From positions 87,234,001 through 87,298,000 of the forward strand of contig OX597824.1 in NCBI GenBank assembly GCA_951406725.2: DNA of 64,000 nt, written 5' to 3'. A program made the position numbers and the translations under genes. Position 1 is the first letter of the stretch. The number at the start of each line of letters is the position of its first letter. Origin of the DNA: Octopus vulgaris. Its lineage: Eukaryota. Below the pieces are notes generated by a model. The model was given only the letters and a program-made list of their open reading frames with translations, was not told the DNA's origin and made no database searches. Of this stretch, positions 1 to 12,294 are shown in pieces.

Positions 1-79
1 GCAAGTATCTTGTATAGCCCAGGGTCAATCAATGCCTTATGAGTGAATGTGGTAAATGGAAACTGTGTAGAAGCCTGTC

Positions 80-206
<127 letters not shown>

Positions 207-1109
207 ATATGAGGGAATATTATTCCAAACTTAAGGGAAATTTTCAATTTAGAAATACTAAATCAAATTTCACATTCTACCAATTATATACATTTTATTT
301 ATTATTTTGCAAATTACTTAATCATCGTTATATGTTTTATCTTATATTTAATCTTTTTATGATATGTAATTTTTCTAAATGGTATAACTTAAATTTTCAT
401 TATTGAATTGATAAAAGGTGTTTTTTTTCTAATTTAGATGTGTGTATATACATACATATATAAAATTATCTCTATTTTCTACATTTTCTTTTGAATATTT
501 ATAAACCAAAATTTATATTTAGACCTATTATTGCATAGAGGGTTGCTGAAATAAGCACTAGTCAAGTACTGGGGTTGATGTAATCAACTGCGTTTTATAA
601 GAGGGACGGGAGTTATTGGTGGCAAGAGGGGCTGGAAAGATTTTTGGTTCTTTTTCATTTTTATGGACATTTGAATGATAGAGAAAGTGGCAAATGGATA
701 GAACTGTTAGCACATCAGGCAAAATGCTTAGCAGTATTTGTTCAGGCTCTTTACATTCTGAGACATTCTGAGTTCAAACCCCACGAAGGTCAACTTTATG
801 TTTCATCCATTCGGGGTTGATAAAACACAGTAGCAGTCAAATACTAGCGAGGGTTGATGTCATCAACTTGTCCCCTTTTTTCAAAATCGCTGATTGTGAA
901 TCTTCCAATGAACTGGTCATTCAGAAGAACGATAGGATTTCGGTCACTTACACACCATGGAAAGGGAGAAGCTGGCCTTATGAGTCCTATGGCTCAACAA
1001 GAAAAATAAGAAAATGCAAATTTTGGGGATTCATTGATTTATATTTCCAAGTTCAAATCTGTTTATGCTTGATATAGTATTTTCTTTGTTTATCCCATCC
1101 TATAATTAA

Positions 1110-1329
1110 CCCTTTCGTTACCAGCCTGGCTGAAACTGGCTCTGGCTCTGAGTACAAATGTCTTGTTTAAATAAGTTTTGAATTAAAATCTTCCACCAAA
1201 CCTTAGTCACAATTTATATTCCTAACACTAGCTTAATAATGACTAATTTATTTTACTAAATTCTTTGTTATATTTAAAGTAATTCAAAGAAACACAGAGC
1301 ATCTCAACAGAAATATGGCAAAGAAAGGG
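1110..1329 (+). mobile_element. piggyBac-type TTAA MITE, family A
   Basis: TTAA at 1106-1109 and 1330-1333; termini CCCTTTC...GAAAGGG; ~220 bp; many copies in the window. Confidence 0.85.
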
Positions 1330-1391
1330 TTAAACAATGTAAATAAATAAACATTGCATTTGACAGAGTAGTCTGAATGCTAAAGGGTTAA

Positions 1392-1612
1392 CCCTTTCGT
1401 TACCAACCCGGCTGAAACCGGCTCTGGCTCTGAGTACAAATGTCTTGTTTTCATAAGTTTTGAATTAAAATCTTCCACCAAAACTTTAGTCACAATTTAT
1501 GTTCCTAACACTAGTTGAACGATAGTTAATTTATTTTACTAAATTCTTTGTTATATTTAAAGTAATTGAAAGATATACAGAGCATCTCAAAATAAATACA
1601 GTAATGAAAGGG
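1392..1612 (+). mobile_element. piggyBac-type TTAA MITE, family A
   Basis: TTAA at 1388-1391 and 1613-1616; TIR CCCTTTCGTTAC / GTAATGAAAGGG. Confidence 0.9.
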
Positions 1613-1750
1613 TTAAGAATCAGCAGAAGATATAAGAAGAGACCTCAATGTGGTCACTATATGCTAGAAATAATAGCCGAAATTTCCTTCAATCCACACC
1701 CTTCCAAGTACTTCTAATGTGCATCTGCCTAAATGTAGAGGTGCATTTAA

Positions 1751-1972
1751 CCCTTTCGTTACCAACCCGGCTGGAACCAGCTCTGGCTCTGAGTACAAAT
1801 GTCTTGTTTAAATAAGTTTTAAATTAAAATCTTCCACCAAACCTTAGTCACAATTTATGTTCCTAACACTAGCTTAATAATGACTAATTTATTTTACTAA
1901 ATTCTTTTAGTTATATTTAAAGTAATTGAAAGAAACACAGAGCATCTCAAAATAAATACAGTAATGAAAGGG
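1751..1972 (+). mobile_element. piggyBac-type TTAA MITE, family A
   Basis: TTAA on both sides; near-identical to 1392-1612. Confidence 0.9.
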
Positions 1973-2372
1973 TTAAACAACACACAAAAATGTATTGAAA
2001 TGTAGGTCATATTTATTTCATGGGTCACTGCCTGACATTTGTAACACAGGACAGTCCTGGTTAACTGGGATTGTCTTAGAAGTACACAAAACCTTAGGCT
2101 ACAGTGAAGTTCAATTGTTTCCTCTTGACCAACCAAAGTCTGAATGTTGAACTAGACATGCACTAGAAGAATGGCACCCAAGAATGGACATTACCAGTTC
2201 TAACACCAGTCTTGAAAAGTACTGGCATGTGATTATTACTCACTCATCATCATCATCATTATCATCATCACCACCACCATCTATCTCATCATCACCATTT
2301 AACCCTTTCATTGCTCTACTTATTTTGAGATGCTCTGTGTTTTTTTTCAATTAATTTTAAATATAACCAGTT

Positions 2373-2862
2373 CTTTTACTCTTTTACTGGTATCTGTCAT
2401 TTTGACTGCGGCCATGCTGGAGCACCGCCCCCCCCCCCGGACTTATTCTTTGTAAGCCTAGTACTTATTCTATCGGTTTCTTTAGCTGAACCGCTAAGTT
2501 AAGGGGACTTAAACATACCAGCGTTGGTTGTCAAGCGATGTTGGACACACACAAATATATACACACACTTGCATATATATATACGATGGGCTTCTTTCAG
2601 TTTCTGTCTACCAAATCCACTAACAAAGCTTTGGTTGGCCTGAAGCTATAGTAGAAGACACTTGCCCAAGGTATATATATGTATGTATATGCATGTGTGT
2701 GTGTCTCCGTTTGTCCCCCCAACTTCGTTTGACAACTCATGATGGTGTTACGTCCCCGTAACTTAGTGGTTTGGTAAAAGAGACCAATAGAATAAGTACT
2801 AGGTTTAAACGAATAAGCTCCAGCATGGCCGCAGTCAAATAACGGAAACAGGTAAAACAATA
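2373..2862. mobile_element. Two SINE-A fragments in inverted orientation (2373-2672 minus; ~2690-2862 plus)
   Basis: Both match the SINE-A body and tail (AATAAGTACTAGG, CCAGCATGGCCGCAGTCAAA). Confidence 0.8.
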
Positions 2863-3219
2863 AAACAATAAACTTAAAATTTCATTCCTTTAATAAGGTT
2901 TAATAATTTGTACTGGTCCTTCCGAAAAGGCTTGGCCAAATATATTGACTAAAACTGGTGAAAATACTTCTGATTAAATCTAAGTGTATAAAACAAACTA
3001 TTTATTGTGATCTGATAGTGTTGTGAACAGATTTGCCACAGCATATGAAGGTATATGTAGATAATGTAAGTATTGCAAATATAATATAACATATAACTAG
3101 TACAAATTCACACCAATCACTGTTTACTAATATGCATGTTTGTGATTTCATTGTAGATAATGTTAAGATGTACAGTCTACAGAGATAATACCCTTATCAT
3201 ATATATAAAAAACATATAA

Positions 3220-3252
<33 letters not shown>

Positions 3253-3353
3253 GAGAGAGAGAGAGAGTGAGAGAAGGAGAGAGAGAGAGGGGCCTGAACA
3301 TGTACGTATATATATATATATGTATATACATACATATATATATATGTATATAA

Positions 3354-3560
3354 AGTTAAACCAAACATAAAAACACAAAGAGAATACACAACGCGAGGAC
3401 ATGGAACAAGTATAGTGTTATTGGATGCTCAGGAAAGGAAAGAAAGAAGGAGGATTTAACGTTTCGAGCGGAGCTCTTCGTCAGAAACATAGGAAAAGGA
3501 AAGATCCAAGGAAGGGAAGACGGAGGACAAAAATCGCCAACAATACACACACGGTCACAT
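3354..3560 (-). mobile_element. ~205-bp hammerhead-carrying short repeat (Penelope pLTR/retrozyme-like), family H1
   Basis: Second copy at 17996-18204; both sit in (TA)n; contains a minimal hammerhead. Confidence 0.7.
3454..3488 (-). ncRNA. Minimal type I hammerhead ribozyme motif
   Basis: Minus strand GUUU-CUGACGA-A-GAGC-UCC-GCUC-GAAA-CGUU-AAAU: intact core, 4-bp stem II, stem I, palindromic AACGUU in place of stem III. Confidence 0.75.
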
Positions 3561-3928
3561 ATATATATAAATCTTCAGTTAAATATATTCAATGAGAATA
3601 TTATGTACTGAATTTATATTCAGTGCTCGATTGTATCAAAGTATTAATACTATTAAAGTATTTATATATTTAATACGAGCGATTATATATATATGTATAT
3701 TTTTTAAAATAATATATTATTATTAATTATAGGAAATCAATATCAGAAAGCTCCTCAGAAAGATATACACATGTGAATAACAATTGTTGTATACATATAT
3801 ATATATAGCCACAATGAGGATATTTAAACCTCTTATAGGGATATTTTATCCAAGATACACTGGTTTAATATATTGTATTTTGAAGAGATATTTCTTCAAT
3901 GAATACATTATATAAAACATCATAATTC

Positions 3929-4166
3929 ATCAAACGTTATTATCGAGTTAGAAAACAGAGAGAGATCTAATGGATACAAATTGATTTATCAATTACTTAA
4001 CATATTTACCTACAATTGTTTCATTTCACAAACAAAATTAATGTTTCGCAATTGTGATTTTGTTTGTGAAATGAAACAATTGCAGGTGATTATGTTAAGT
4101 AATTAATAAATCAATTTGTATATCCATTAGATCTCTCTGTTTTCTAACTCAATGATAATGTTTGAT
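3929..4166. repeat. Long fold-back palindrome (~110-bp arms, 14-nt loop)
   Basis: 3929-4040 is the imperfect reverse complement of 4055-4166. Confidence 0.9.
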
Positions 4167-4197
4167 ATTTATTATATATATATATATATATATATAT

Positions 4198-4465
4198 AAA
4201 TTAGAGAAAAAACCACTATTATGCAACTCAAACATTGATAGACATAAACCAATACATAAATAACAAATAATATATATTTTTATAAAACATATAACTTATA
4301 ACTAGATCTCAAAAAGTATAAAAATGAATGATCAATATATAATATATTAATTAATATAATATATTTTTTAATTAATATATTATATATTGATCATTCATTT
4401 TTATACTTTTTGAGATCTTTTCAATGTTTGAGTTGCATAATAGTGGTTTTATCTCTAATTTATAT
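4198..4465. repeat. Nested inverted repeats
   Basis: Outer arms ~4198-4238 / 4421-4465; inner arms ~4304-4354 / 4369-4418. Confidence 0.85.
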
Positions 4466-4536
4466 ATTTATACCGGGAAATTTGATTTAATACTAAATTG
4501 AATTTTTCCCTGTAAGTTTGGAGTTATACTCCCTAA

Positions 4537-4611
<75 letters not shown>

Positions 4612-5188
4612 ATAAATCAACGTCAGTGTTTCTGAAAAGAAAAAGATACAAAGGACACAAAAAGAGAAATGCCATTATAATTATAAAAAAAGTTTAAATA
4701 AATTGATGAACTTTCACCTAAATCTAGCGAAGTAAATTTTGGTCTAATCACCATGAAATGATAGAAAAACCATCGAATGATAATGAAGTGTTTCAGATAA
4801 CACCTGATGATTATTAGGTATTTCTTATCTGGATTTACAAGAAAAATATTCAAGTAACGAAGCAAAATTATATTTAAAGAATAAAAATGACACAAGTTTT
4901 TTATTTTACTAATTTCCATTTTTCTTAAATGAAAATAGAAAAAATGCTTAATAAATATAGACACAGTCAAGGCTGTGTGGTTAAGTGGTTAAGAAGTTCG
5001 CTTTGCAACCACATGGTTCTGGGTTCAGTCCCTCTGCATAGGAAATTTGACTGCTATTTCTAGTTAGTTCAGCCACTACATAAAGACCTATTCATTATCT
5101 GGAAAGCATCTTTATAGTAAGTGCAACTCAAGGAAGACAACACAAAAAATCTTGCTATAATTTTCTTCAGGTTTGTAAGATTTCAAGT

Positions 5189-5494
5189 TACTTGGTGACC
5201 CTGCTAGTGCTGGGGCCCACTTAAAAAGCATCCAGTCCACACTGTAAAGTGGTTAGCATTTGGAAGGGCACCCAGCAGTAAAATCCATGCCAAACTGACC
5301 TTGCCAGTACTTGCGCCACATAAAGGGCACTGAGTCCACCCTGCAGAGTGGTTTGTGTTAGGAAGGGCATCCAGCCATAAAAACCCTGCCAAAACAGACA
5401 CAGAAGTCTGCTGCAGGCTCCTACCTGACCAGCCCCTGTCAAACCATCCAACCCATGCCTGCATGGAAGGCGGATATTAAACGATGATGATGAT
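5189..5494 (+). mobile_element. RTE-tailed SINE-like element
   Basis: AGGAAGGGCATCCAGC block plus CCCATGC..GCATGGAA..TTAAACGATGATGAT tail shared with more than 10 copies. Confidence 0.75.
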
Positions 5495-5804
5495 TTCAGT
5501 TTTGCACAGCAATCTATTGTAATGCTTATTAATTATACATTACATCTCTACATCCACAAAGAGCTCTGTTCCGTAGCCTCTTCCACGGCACACGTATAAA
5601 GCTAGGTGGTCTGAATTAGTGAGAGCTAAATGCCTTTTTCCAGGCATGAAGCCTGTTAGTGGACAGGATACAGACCATTGACTCATGTGTCAGCAAGCTG
5701 ACACTCCATTGACACCACAAGCTAACATTTTTGCTCTAAATAGAATAACAAATCAATGGCAAAACATGTACATCGTTTATCAATTTGAAAATATAAAAAA
5801 TATA

Positions 5805-6030
5805 CTCTTTTACTGTTTTACTTGTTTCAGTCATTTGACTGTGGCCATGCTGGAGCACTGCCTTAAGTCGAGCAAATCGACCCCGGGACTTATTCTTTGT
5901 AAGCCTAGTACTTATTCTATCGGTCTCTTTTGCCGAACCGCTAAGTTACGGGGATGTATACAACCCAGCATCGGTTGTCAAGCGATGTTGTTGGGACAAA
6001 CACAGTCACACAAACATATACACACACACC
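5805..6030 (-). mobile_element. SINE-A 3' half
   Basis: Matches full-length copies at 11465 and 15961. Confidence 0.85.
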
Positions 6031-6113
6031 TACGGGTAGTCATGATGGGTATACTGGGCTTTGTATATTTGTACCCCAGTGTCAGTTTGATGGCATGCAC
6101 TGCTCTCTCACTC

Positions 6114-6160
<47 letters not shown>

Positions 6161-6774
6161 TGGTTTCACGTTTTGGCACAAAGCCAGCAATTTTTTGTTG
6201 TGGGTATATCAGTGCTCAAATGGTATTTATTCTATCAACCCCTGGATGGGATGAAAAATTATGTCAACTTCAGGAGAACGTAAAGACAAACAAAACGCTG
6301 CTAAGCATTTTGTCTGGTGTGTTAACGATTCCACCAGCTCACCACCTTACCTTCATCATCATCGTCCAGTGTTTTAAATCCGGGTTTTCATCCCCATTAA
6401 CAGAGGTGGCCGGATCTACCTCAATGCCATAGCTACTGAGGCAGGCAGGTGCAACCCACCCCAAACTTTTGGCTGGCTGGTGCCCATTCTCTTTTGCTAT
6501 CATGAGGCTCTTTTGGAGCTGGGTTTTCCACAGGGAGCATGCCCTTACTTACCCCAACCTCAGTTTCTAGACATGAGTGGTCCCGAGACCAAGACCTCTG
6601 CCATAATTTTTAAGAAATGTGGTGGAAAACTAGATCAGTATGGCAGGGACACTACTCCCTGAGACCCCTTTCAGAGCCCCTCTACCTTAATATATTAAAA
6701 TTAAAATACATTAAAAAAACTCTTTTCTTTTTCTTTTTTTTTTTTTAAAAGAATTAGAAGAAAAATATTAATAC

Positions 6775-6855
6775 CTTGCAAAGACTGACAAAATTGCAGC
6801 AGTAATCAGGGATAGAAAATTTAATTCGCCTTGTAATTACTCTGGGTATCACCTC
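6775..6855 (-). CDS. Candidate 81-nt phase-0 internal exon (EVIPRVITRRIKFSIPDYCCNFVSLCK), product unknown
   Basis: Minus strand tttgttatatttcag|GAG...AAG|gtatta; non-repetitive; one open frame, stops in the other two; could be a UTR exon. Confidence 0.4.
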
Positions 6856-6923
6856 CTGAAATATAACAAATATAAGAAATATGTTTACTACTATGATAAT
6901 AATAATAATGGTTTCTTAATTAA

Positions 6924-7138
6924 CTCGTTAACATTCAAATTATTCTGTCAAATGTAATGCTTATTTATTCACATTGTTTTGAATTTATCATGCATTATTT
7001 CACAGCTTTGAGATTTGATGGGACTGTTTATTTTTACAATGACATTGTAGGTAGGTGTGAAAGGTCTGATCAGACCAGTCTGAACATAAAACTGGGAGAA
7101 CATTTTGGCCGGATATGGCTGGTTTAAATGATAAAGGG
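6924..7138 (+). mobile_element. TTAA MITE family B (degenerate)
   Basis: Similar to 56876-57099; ends TAAAGGG-TTAA. Confidence 0.65.
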
Positions 7139-7505
7139 TTAAACATGAAGAATGTAACTTTTAGGGTCATGGGGAAGGGAACAACAGGAAGGTGTGACGC
7201 TAATTCTTTGATTGAAAAACGTTTACCACAGAAAAGGAATCAGGAAGGTTCAATGTAGAGAAACAGAAAACAGAAAAGAAAAAGGATCTGCTCTTTGAAT
7301 TATTCTTTTATTCTTTTACTTGTTTCAGTCATTTGACTTTGGCCATGCTGGAGCATTGCCTTTAATCAAACAAATCAACTCCGGGACTTATTTTTTGAAA
7401 GCCTAGTCCATTTAATGTTCGCTTTCCATGCTGGCATGGGTTGGACAGTTTGACTGAGGACTGGCAAACTAGAAGGCTGTACCAGGCACCAAACTGATCT
7501 GGCAC

Positions 7506-7576
<71 letters not shown>

Positions 7577-8314
7577 ACAGGCTTCTTTCAGTTTCCATAT
7601 ACCAAATCCACTCAAATGGCTTTGATCAGCCGACATCTAAAGTAAAATACACTCATCCAAGGTACCACGTAGTGGGACCGAACCCAAAACCATGTGCTTG
7701 GTAAGCAACCTCCTTAACCTCACATCCACACCTGCACCTTTGACTAGCCTAGATAATATGTAACATGTTCGTGCTACATGTTATCATCCAGATAGCAGAA
7801 TGTCATGACAACCCCACCAGTGCAAAAAAAAAAAAATAATAATAATAAAAAGATGGACAAGACTGACTATCTAAAATGATGTACAGGAAATTTCTTTTAA
7901 CCCATCAGGCGCACAACAAGGAAGTACTTTGCATGTCCCGACTAGCAGCAGTTCGTGCTACCAAAGATAGAATTCTATAAACTGAAAGAACCAATAAAAG
8001 CAAAAGATTACAAAAGGGTGGTGTCTTCCAAAGAAGTTACTGTTTTGTCCACGTTGAAAACAAAGCAGCCAGTTGTTTGATACAACGGTCTTCATGTTTC
8101 ATATCTTATCTTATTTCTATCTTCAACAACAACCAGCAAAGTTTTTACTTGTTTGTTTATCAGAGCTGGGTTGGACTAGATAGGGTGGCACAATCTATTT
8201 ATCTTCTTTTTGACTTTGTGCTATTTCGGAACTGTTCCTTTCTATATAAGTATTTACATCTTGAAATGCTGTCCTATCATGGGTTAGATGATTCTGCAAA
8301 TTTTAATATTTTTA

Positions 8315-8537
8315 GTTGTGCCTGGGGAGAGTCATTTTCTTTTTGTGCCTTATAATGTAACACATTCACCGGTAAAATTTCCACTTATTTCTTATTTTTA
8401 TTTTCCTAAAATTTTCGTTGCGTCTTGCAACCTTTTCAATAGTCTTGACTCAAGACTATTGAAATAAGTGGAAATTTTTACGATGAGTGTGTTACATAAT
8501 AAGGCACAAAAAGAAAATGACTCTCCCCAGACACAAC
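8315..8537. repeat. Inverted repeat (75-bp arms) enclosing a hammerhead-like motif
   Basis: 8315-8390 vs 8462-8537; extra hairpin TTCAATAGTCTTGA-C-TCAAGACTATTGAA at 8435-8463. Confidence 0.9.
8406..8442 (-). ncRNA. Minimal hammerhead motif, U3-A8 variant
   Basis: Minus strand CUA-UUGAAAA-G-GUUGC-AAGAC-GCAAC-GAAA-AUUU-UAG; same spacing as the other motifs. Confidence 0.55.
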
Positions 8538-8914
8538 AGAATATGCTTCAACACACTAACTCATATTAAGAATCTTGCAAACCAAATCCAAAAACGAAAT
8601 ATAAATATTTTTAGAAATTTAGTAAATGATTGTCATTCCTGAAAGCATCCACAGTATTGGTCAAATACAAGTTGAAGTCTAAAGAATTCACTGTTCTCAC
8701 ACACACACACATGCTTATTACACACGCAAACACACACACCTACACACATGTGCACATACACACTCACACAAAGATGTCATCATCCAACACAGTCTCATGC
8801 AGTCACAAGGCCTCCTTATCAACCGGACACATCCTTCAAGAACAGGGACCTTCTGGAATCTCTGTTTGGTATCATGCAATAGCGAAACAATTTAGACTCA
8901 TCACCAGTAGCAAA

Positions 8915-9183
8915 GTGGAGGCACATGGCGTAGTGGTTAGAGCAGCAGACTTGCGATCGAGGGATCACGGGTTCGAATCTCAGACTGGGTGATGTGTGAT
9001 GTGTGTGGCTCTGGCAGAAGGTGATGACAAACTTCTGCTGACTCTTTCACCACAACTTCCTCTCACTTTTTCCTCACATGCGATGGACCAGCGTCCCATC
9101 CAGGTGGGGAACCTACACGCCAATGAAACCAGGAGACTGGTCCTTATGAGCCAGGCATGGCTCGAGAAGGAACAAACAACAAA
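8915..9183 (+). mobile_element. tRNA-headed SINE-C (internally deleted)
   Basis: A box TGGCGTAGTGG, B box GGTTCGAATC; TSD CAGTAGCAAA at 8905-8914 and 9184-9193. Confidence 0.85.
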
Positions 9184-9693
9184 CAGTAGCAAAAATAACA
9201 GATGCAACACATCAAGAAAGTTTTCCTACATCTTCTTTACTCATTATCCATCTCACTCATCACTCACCACATTCTTTGCCTTCACTCTCAGCTGTCCTTT
9301 CATGTCAACACAACCCAAACAAATTTTCTCTTCACAGCCAGACAAAATTCAGCTTCAAACATTTGCTGATCTCAAATTTATTATATTTCAGTAAACATGC
9401 AATGTCTTTCCTTCAAATAGTTTTTAAAATAATGAAGAATATAGGAAAATAACTGTCATTATTAAAACAGTTTTAAGATGGTGTCTGAACCAAATTAACA
9501 TGACATTTTGATGACAGGTTTTAATTTAGAACAGGAAGTTTACATCATAGAAACAAGGAGCTGTTTCAGACAGGTTGGTACGAAAAGGGTTAATATTTCA
9601 CATTAAGACAGTGCACACATACATCCTAAACTGCTTAAAAAAATTTTTTTAAAGGTTTAGTAAAGCATTCGTTTACAAATTAATAGTCTTTAA

Positions 9694-10088
9694 CCCTTTC
9701 AATGCCAACCCAGCTGAAACTGCCTCTGGTTCTATAGTACAAATGTCTTGCTTTCATAAGTTTTCAATTAAAATCTTCCACCAAACCTTAGTCACAATTT
9801 ATGTTCCTAACACTAGCTTAATGATAACTAAGCTATTTTACTAAATTCTTTGTTATATTTAAAGTAATTCAAAGAAACACAGAGCATCTCAAATGGCTGA
9901 AACCAGCTCTGGCTCTGTAGTACAAATGTCTTATTTTCATAAGTTCTGAATTAAAGTCTTCCACCAAACCTTAGTCACAATTTATGTTCCTAACACTAGC
10001 TTAAGTTATTTTACTAAATTCTTTGTTATATTTAAAATCAATTGAAAGAAACACAAAGCATCTCAAAATAAATATGGTAACAAAAGGG
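9694..10088 (+). mobile_element. TTAA MITE family A, internally duplicated (dimeric) form
   Basis: TTAA on both sides; body restarts at CTCAAATGGCTGAAA (~9890). Confidence 0.85.
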
Positions 10089-10119
10089 TTAAAATATATA
10101 ATAGAAAAACAATTCTTAA

Positions 10120-10324
10120 CCCTTTTGATAACAACCCAGCTGAAACTGGCTCTGGCTTTGAGTACAAATGTTTTGTTTTCATAAGTTTTGAATCAAAATC
10201 TTCCACCAAACCTTAGTCACAATTTATGTTCCTAACACTAGCTTAATGATAACTAAGTTATTTGACTAAATTCTTTGTTATATTTAAAGTAATTGAAAGA
10301 AACACAGCATCTCAAAATAAAGGG
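10120..10324 (+). mobile_element. TTAA MITE family A
   Basis: TTAA on both sides; same body. Confidence 0.85.
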
Positions 10325-11372
10325 TTAAACCATTGACTTGGCTACTGTCAAACTGAGTTCAATGTCTGTCTGACAGACTGTCTTATCTTTTGTTATCAGA
10401 AGTCCTGGCTTTTATAAACTTTTTTATTCATTTATTTATTTTAATCTTATCATCACTCTCTCTCTCTCTCTCTCTCTTTCTATCTCTCTCTTTTTCTCAT
10501 CCTCCTCATGTCATTACTATCCTGCCTCTGCCTCCACACCTCTCTTCTGCATCCCTGTATCTTCTCCAATTCATGACTCATCAGCCATCCCTCTTCAACC
10601 CTACCCAATCTTCACAGATGCAGGCTACCTTCCCTCCCAGACTAATTCCCACATCTCCTGCTCCCCCCCATACAATCTTACAACCACCCACCCACCAACC
10701 CATTGAAGGGCCACCTGGACACTTCATCTTAACCAACTCTTTGCCACTCCTACTGATTAATCTCTCCCTCCGCTGCTAAATGTGAGTAACCATACAGCTC
10801 TTCTACAAGAACCAGTTTCCATCTACCCCACCAATCACCAAAAGCACATTTATATAATTCAACTCCTCATTCCCTGGAATAAAGAGGACTCACTCTCTCT
10901 CGAGGGTTCATAACCTTGTGAGCAGCAGCTTGGTAACCTCACTAGTGCTGGCGGCACTTAAAAAGAATCCAATACATGCTGTAAAATGATTGGCATAAGG
11001 AAGTGCATCCAACTGCAGAAACCACGCCAAAGCGGACAGCAGAGCGCAATTCAGTCCTTAAAAACTCATCCCACCCTGTCAAGCCATCCAACTCACTATA
11101 GCATGGAACATGGATGATGATGATGATGATGACTATGACAATACTTATGATGATGAGGAAGAAGAACTCTTTATGTATCTGTCATCATATTTGTTCCTCC
11201 AATTAATGTAAATATCTGAAGTCGTTAAAATGCTTATCAGCAGACTGATGCCAAAAAAAAAAACAAAAAGAAATATCAAATCAGTGATATCTATCTATAT
11301 CTATCTATCTATCTATCTATATATATATATATATGAACAATAAGGAGTGTTATGAAGTGGCTTAGCATTATC

Positions 11373-11415
<43 letters not shown>

Positions 11416-11464
11416 TTACACACACACACATTTGTTTCTTATATATATGTATATATGCATGTAT

Positions 11465-11683
11465 ACTCTTTACTCTCTTTTTACTTGTTTCAGTCATTTG
11501 ACTGCGGCCATGCTGGAGCACCACCTTTTGTCGAGCAAATCGACCCCAGGACTTATTCTTCTGTAAGCCCAGTACTTATTCTATCGGATTCTTTTGCCGA
11601 ACTGCTAAGTGACGGGGTCGTAAACACACCAGCATCGGTTGTCAAGCGATGCTAGGGGGACAAACACAGACACACAAACATAT

Positions 11684-11751
<68 letters not shown>

Positions 11752-11911
11752 GACAGGCTTCTTTCAGTTTCCATCTACCAAATCCACTAACAAGGCATTG
11801 GTCGGCCCGGGGCTATAGCAGAAGACACTTGCCCAAGATGCCACGCAGTGGGACTGAACGTGGAACCATGTGGTTAGTAAGCAAGCTACTTACCACACAG
11901 CCACTCCTGCG

Positions 11912-11913
<2 letters not shown>
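11465..11913 (-). mobile_element. Full-length tRNA-headed SINE-A (octopus OK/OR-type, CORE-like segment, internal TA/TG microsatellite)
   Basis: Head GGCGCAGGAGTGGCTGTGTGG...GTTCAGTCCC, CTTGGGCAAGT segment, (GTAAAAGA)-type tail; exact family name not asserted. Confidence 0.9.
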
Positions 11914-11957
<44 letters not shown>

Positions 11958-11994
11958 TAAAAATGTATAAAAAAGGAGCAAAAGTATTGGAGAT

Positions 11995-12027
<33 letters not shown>

Positions 12028-12074
12028 GTATATAGTGTGTGTGTGTGTGCGTGTGTGCGTGTGTGTATTTATTG

Positions 12075-12205
12075 AAAGTGCAATCTATGTAGGGGTCTTT
12101 TCAGAACATTGTCTGGTTTAAAAAGCCACATCAGATGCCATGATGGTGCTAAGGTGTAGGTACAGGAGGTGGTCAAACTCTGCATAGGGAAGTAGACAAT
12201 CACCA
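12075..12205 (+). mobile_element. 3' end of RTE-like LINE followed by (TATG)n
   Basis: Reverse complement of 58123-58250. Confidence 0.75.
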
Positions 12206-12263
12206 AATATATATATGTATGTATGCATATGTATATGTATGTATGCATATGTATATGTATGTA

Positions 12264-12294
<31 letters not shown>

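Noticed and set aside
8915-8995. tRNA genes at SINE heads (also 14959, 62806, 63063)
   Set aside because: A/B boxes are present but there is no complete cloverleaf, and they continue into SINE bodies with TSDs
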